A DNA stretch of 33,703 nucleotides, taken from IMG/VR virus record IMGVR_UViG_3300031218_000007; one strand, given 5' to 3'. This DNA comes from a virus. The translations under genes and the position numbers were made by a program. Under the pieces are notes generated by a model. The model made no database searches, was not told where the DNA came from, and was given only the letters and a program-made list of their open reading frames with translations. Below, one piece after another: positions 31,956-33,703 of the stretch (position 1 is its first letter; the number at the start of each line of letters is the position of its first letter).

Positions 31956-32348
31956 TTAAAAGAGGCATACGCCGTTTAAGTGGTCAAGCTCGCGCTGGAA
32001 TACGATGGCAGGAAGGCCGACTAACTTCTTGTCTTTGCTCTTACCTTGTTCGTCAATGTAGCGGACTTCGACGATCTTAGCGCGGCGCACTGTCGTAGTG
32101 CGCCCAGGGAAACTAAGGCAACCCTCCTTGGATGGCGTAGATCCGGTCTCACTAATAATCTCGGGATTGATAACCATGCCGTGCTGCCAAACAAACCAGC
32201 GCTTATTATGTCCGACTTGGTTTGCGGCCAATCCGACGCCCTTTTGCTCCCACATAAGTTTGGCTGCCTCTTTGTAGAGCTTGCGCGTTTCGTCAATATC
32301 CTCGACCTTGCAGCTGCGGGTTCTTAGGTATTTCGGATCTAGTTTCAT
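31956..32348 (-). CDS. def: Peptide deformylase, short phage type, with Arg in place of the first HEXXH histidine
   Basis: Motif 1 (GVGLAANQVG) and motif 2 (EGCLSFPG) are intact. Motif 3 reads QRELDHLNG instead of QHExDH (CGC codon at 31992-31994). The protein ends right after motif 3. Confidence 0.8.
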   Translation of the reverse strand: MKLDPKYLRTRSCKVEDIDETRKLYKEAAKLMWEQKGVGLAANQVGHNKRWFVWQHGMVINPEIISETGSTPSKEGCLSFPGRTTTVRRAKIVEVRYIDEQGKSKDKKLVGLPAIVFQRELDHLNGVCLF

Positions 32349-32664
32349 GTTTGTCGTGGTTGTCGTGTTCGTGTGAAAGTGTCCCCGCTTGCCTTATTGA
32401 GTTGCTGCACGGCGGGAGCGCGCACATCGCCGAAAGGCTCGGCCTTACCCTTAACATGCTTCGGGCTTCGATTCACTTTATTTTACGACCGTCTGGTCAT
32501 GGCATGGCAAAGTGTCCACCAACCGCGATCCCCCGCACTTCCTCGCGGTGTACTGCATATAGGACTATCAGACCCTTCGGGGGGCTGCTGGTGGGAGCAA
32601 ACGCAGACGGCGCGGTGTGCGCAGAGGGAAACAAAAACCTCGTCTGTGAATGCCCGTAAAATAG

Positions 32665-32699
32665 TGGAACTGGAGGGAATCGAACCCTGATGCAGCCCC
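32665..32699 (-). ncRNA. tmRNA/tRNA-Ala-like acceptor-stem plus T-arm minihelix
   Basis: Minus strand: GGGGCTG-CATC-AGGG-TTCGATT-CCCT-C-CAGTTCC-A. It has a T-loop consensus, a 7-bp acceptor stem with G3.U and G4.U, and discriminator A. There is no D arm or anticodon arm. Confidence 0.55.
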
Positions 32700-32725
32700 T
32701 ATGTGATAAAGAACAATTTAATCAA

Positions 32726-32748
32726 TAGTATATCCACGAGGCTCCACC
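32726..32748. repeat. Inverted repeat arm (pairs with 32936-32958)
   Basis: 23 positions against the other arm: 20 Watson-Crick pairs, 2 G.U pairs and 1 mismatch. Confidence 0.85.
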
Positions 32749-32935
32749 TACTTACGTCGTCAACTGCTGGAGTGCTGGCAATTGTCTTTCGACTCGCTCG
32801 TCATATCCAGATACCTCCTTTTATGCCAATGCGTCCATTGGGCGAACCTGACTCTTTTCAACTCCGTGCTGTTCAATCTTTGTAACGAACCAGCGGTGCT
32901 TGATCGTGAATGTCTCCACGTCGTAACCTGTGGCC

Positions 32936-32958
32936 GGTGAAGCCTCTCGGATATACTA
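32936..32958. repeat. Inverted repeat arm (pairs with 32726-32748)
   Basis: Minus strand TAGTATATCCGAGAGGCTTCACC pairs with GGTGGAGCCTCGTGGATATACTA, 187 nt apart. Confidence 0.85.
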
Positions 32959-33023
32959 ATAACTGGTAAAAGAACGGTGCCGTCTCTCCGGCTGTCACCC
33001 CTGTCTACGCTTGAGGTTTTGCG

Positions 33024-33046
33024 GCGTCAAGTCCAGCCCTTGACGC
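33024..33046. promoter_or_regulatory. Perfect palindrome GCGTCAAG-N7-CTTGACGC (operator-like, or an RNA hairpin)
   Basis: 8-bp arms, each carrying a TTGAC element, in opposite orientation. Confidence 0.5.
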
Positions 33047-33085
33047 GGGCTCCTGACGGTGTGAGCCGTCAGGCGAGGGGAAGTG

Positions 33086-33310
33086 TTAAATTAAGACGCC
33101 ATTACTATACACTTTTACACTTTCAATGTTAGTGCCTTTATTTTTAGCAAACCGAATCGCAGCGCGTTTGCTTGAAAATGTATGTTTTAGAGTTTTGCAC
33201 ATTTCCAGTGTGGTAAATAGTGGCGTCATGGTCTTGCGGTGCATTGACTGCGCAGCTGCAAGGGCGTCGGATTTTTTAACTTCTGAGAGGGCTGTATATT
33301 TGTTTTTCAT
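33086..33310 (-). CDS. Hypothetical protein (AT-rich gene)
   Basis: ATG at 33310 (MKNKYTALSEV...) inside track ORF 33086-33370. It follows a (CA)8 tract and a leader homologous to 2429-2509. Confidence 0.5.
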   Translation of the reverse strand: MKNKYTALSEVKKSDALAAAQSMHRKTMTPLFTTLEMCKTLKHTFSSKRAAIRFAKNKGTNIESVKVYSNGVLI

Positions 33311-33321
33311 ATTTCTTAGCT

Positions 33322-33338
33322 TGTGTGTGTGTGTGTGT
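33322..33338 (-). repeat. (CA)8 microsatellite on the coding (minus) strand
   Basis: TGTGTG... run on the + strand, lying between the promoter motif and the ATG at 33310. Confidence 0.9.
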
Positions 33339-33377
33339 CGTCGGCTGATTGCCTTCGATACCCCCAACATGCGCCGA

Positions 33378-33393
33378 CCTGCACAGGTGTCAA
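33378..33393 (-). promoter_or_regulatory. Variant TTGACA..CCTG(TG)CAGG promoter motif
   Basis: Minus strand reads TTGACACCTGTGCAGG with CATGTT 16 nt downstream. The spacer is palindromic, so CCTGCACA reads on the + strand. Confidence 0.5.
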
Positions 33394-33432
33394 GCGTTTG
33401 TGTGCATATTTATAAAATAAATATTCTTGCCC

Positions 33433-33675
33433 CTACTCAGCCGCCATCCCGCGCATCCGCAAAATCGCCGCCATTGCTCCAGCCCGCTGCCCAGCCAGCC
33501 GCGCTGCCAGCTTGCGCGCTGCCTTGACCTCGCTCGCCCGCTGCGCCTGGTAGGCTTCAAGGTCTCGGTCTATGTAGCCATCGATGACCGGCGGCAGTCC
33601 ACGGTCGGCTCGCTGCTGCTTGCGCTCGGCGGCCTTTGTCGCCTTTTCCCTGTCGGTCATTCGCGGTCGTCCCAT
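33433..33675 (-). CDS. Hypothetical basic protein (first leftward gene)
   Basis: 80 aa. The 5' end lies in the terminal overlap, and the promoter lies across the circular junction (108-136). Confidence 0.5.
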   Translation of the reverse strand: MGRPRMTDREKATKAAERKQQRADRGLPPVIDGYIDRDLEAYQAQRASEVKAARKLAARLAGQRAGAMAAILRMRGMAAE

Positions 33676-33703
33676 AGGAGGGCACTTTCTAGCGTGGTAT
33701 GCG
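33577..33703. repeat. Terminal overlap, copy 2 (identical to 1-127)
   Basis: Exact repeat of 1-127. It includes the 5' end of the minus-strand gene that starts at 33675 (= position 99). Confidence 0.95.

Larger units (their letters stand above)
32349..33085 (-). ncRNA. ORF-free structured block (candidate large ncRNA, long def leader, or cis element)
   Basis: 737 nt with no credible ORF in a genome whose genes otherwise abut. Contains several hairpins, a 23-bp long-range helix and a tRNA-like minihelix. Confidence 0.4.

Noticed and set aside
32665-32690. attP core derived from a host tRNA/tmRNA 3' end (temperate lifestyle)
   Set aside because: Not fully excluded. However, no integrase, excisionase or repressor-like ORF exists anywhere in the 33.6-kb genome, and the adjacent complementary GGGGCTG is unexpected for a simple att core.
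32665-32745. A canonical tRNA gene
   Set aside because: The ~75 nt upstream of the 3' end give no D-arm or anticodon arm. The best distal 5' acceptor candidate pairs at only 5 of 7 positions. Only the acceptor/T-arm half is tRNA-like.
32725-32756. T-box riboswitch core (AAGUAGGUGGAGCCUCG resembles AAnnnGGGUGGnACCGCG)
   Set aside because: The match is imperfect. The segment forms one arm of the 23-bp helix rather than an antiterminator bulge. No specifier-loop/Stem I architecture or downstream terminator is present.
32351-32885. Track ORFs 32351-32659, 32373-32690 and 32703-32885 (+) as genes
   Set aside because: They overlap one another and are Arg/Cys/Ser/Pro-rich with no start context. 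They run antisense to the leftward operon and span obvious RNA-like hairpins.
32665-33040. A full-length tmRNA (ssrA) gene on the minus strand ending at the T-arm/acceptor element
   Set aside because: No tag reading frame ends in a hydrophobic ..AA stop. The GGGCTGG at 33033-33039 that might serve as a 5' acceptor strand sits in the loop of a perfect 8-bp hairpin. No D-loop analogue (GGAUUCGACG-type) or pseudoknot pattern could be traced. The true GGGGCTG partner lies only 4 nt from the T-arm.
1-33703. CRISPR arrays, rRNA genes, transposase/IS elements, stop-codon reassignment
   Set aside because: No regularly spaced direct repeats, no rRNA-like sequence and no transposase-like ORF were seen. 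All large genes are intact under the standard code.

Overview
The window is a complete, circularly closed tailed-phage genome. The first 127 nt are repeated exactly at 33577-33703, giving a unit length of 33,576 bp.

The rightward (+) arm opens with an early/recombination module: a beta-class DNA methyltransferase, a RuvC-like resolvase, a DUF3127 SSB-like protein with an SSB-type acidic tail, an Erf annealase and a NinB-like protein. A lambda-type packaging and head module follows: TerS, GpA-type TerL, gpW-like protein, lambda-family portal, protease/scaffold, decoration and capsid candidates. After that come head-tail genes, a pectin-lyase-fold beta-helix protein, the tape measure, distal-tail and LamG receptor-binding genes, and a spanin-like cassette.

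The leftward (-) arm (30059-33675) carries small early genes, including an HTH protein, a DUF4406 protein and a short peptide deformylase in which Arg replaces the first His of HEXXH. I could not recognise an integrase, repressor, replicative helicase/primase/polymerase or endolysin.

The most unusual observations are:
1. A 737-nt ORF-free, strongly self-complementary block upstream of def. It contains a 35-nt tmRNA/tRNA-Ala-like acceptor plus T-arm minihelix and a 23-bp long-range helix.
2. A fixed-length motif, GTATCCA-N9-TACA, that ends 0-25 nt before nine start codons.
3. A TTGACA..CCTGCACA promoter family, several members of which predict leaderless mRNAs. It also drives terminator-bounded insert cassettes inside the structural module (DNA ligase, a membrane protein, a 34-codon basic ORF).
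4. A ~680-nt divergent control region with three terminated short units.

All functional calls rest on motifs read by eye; no database search was run.
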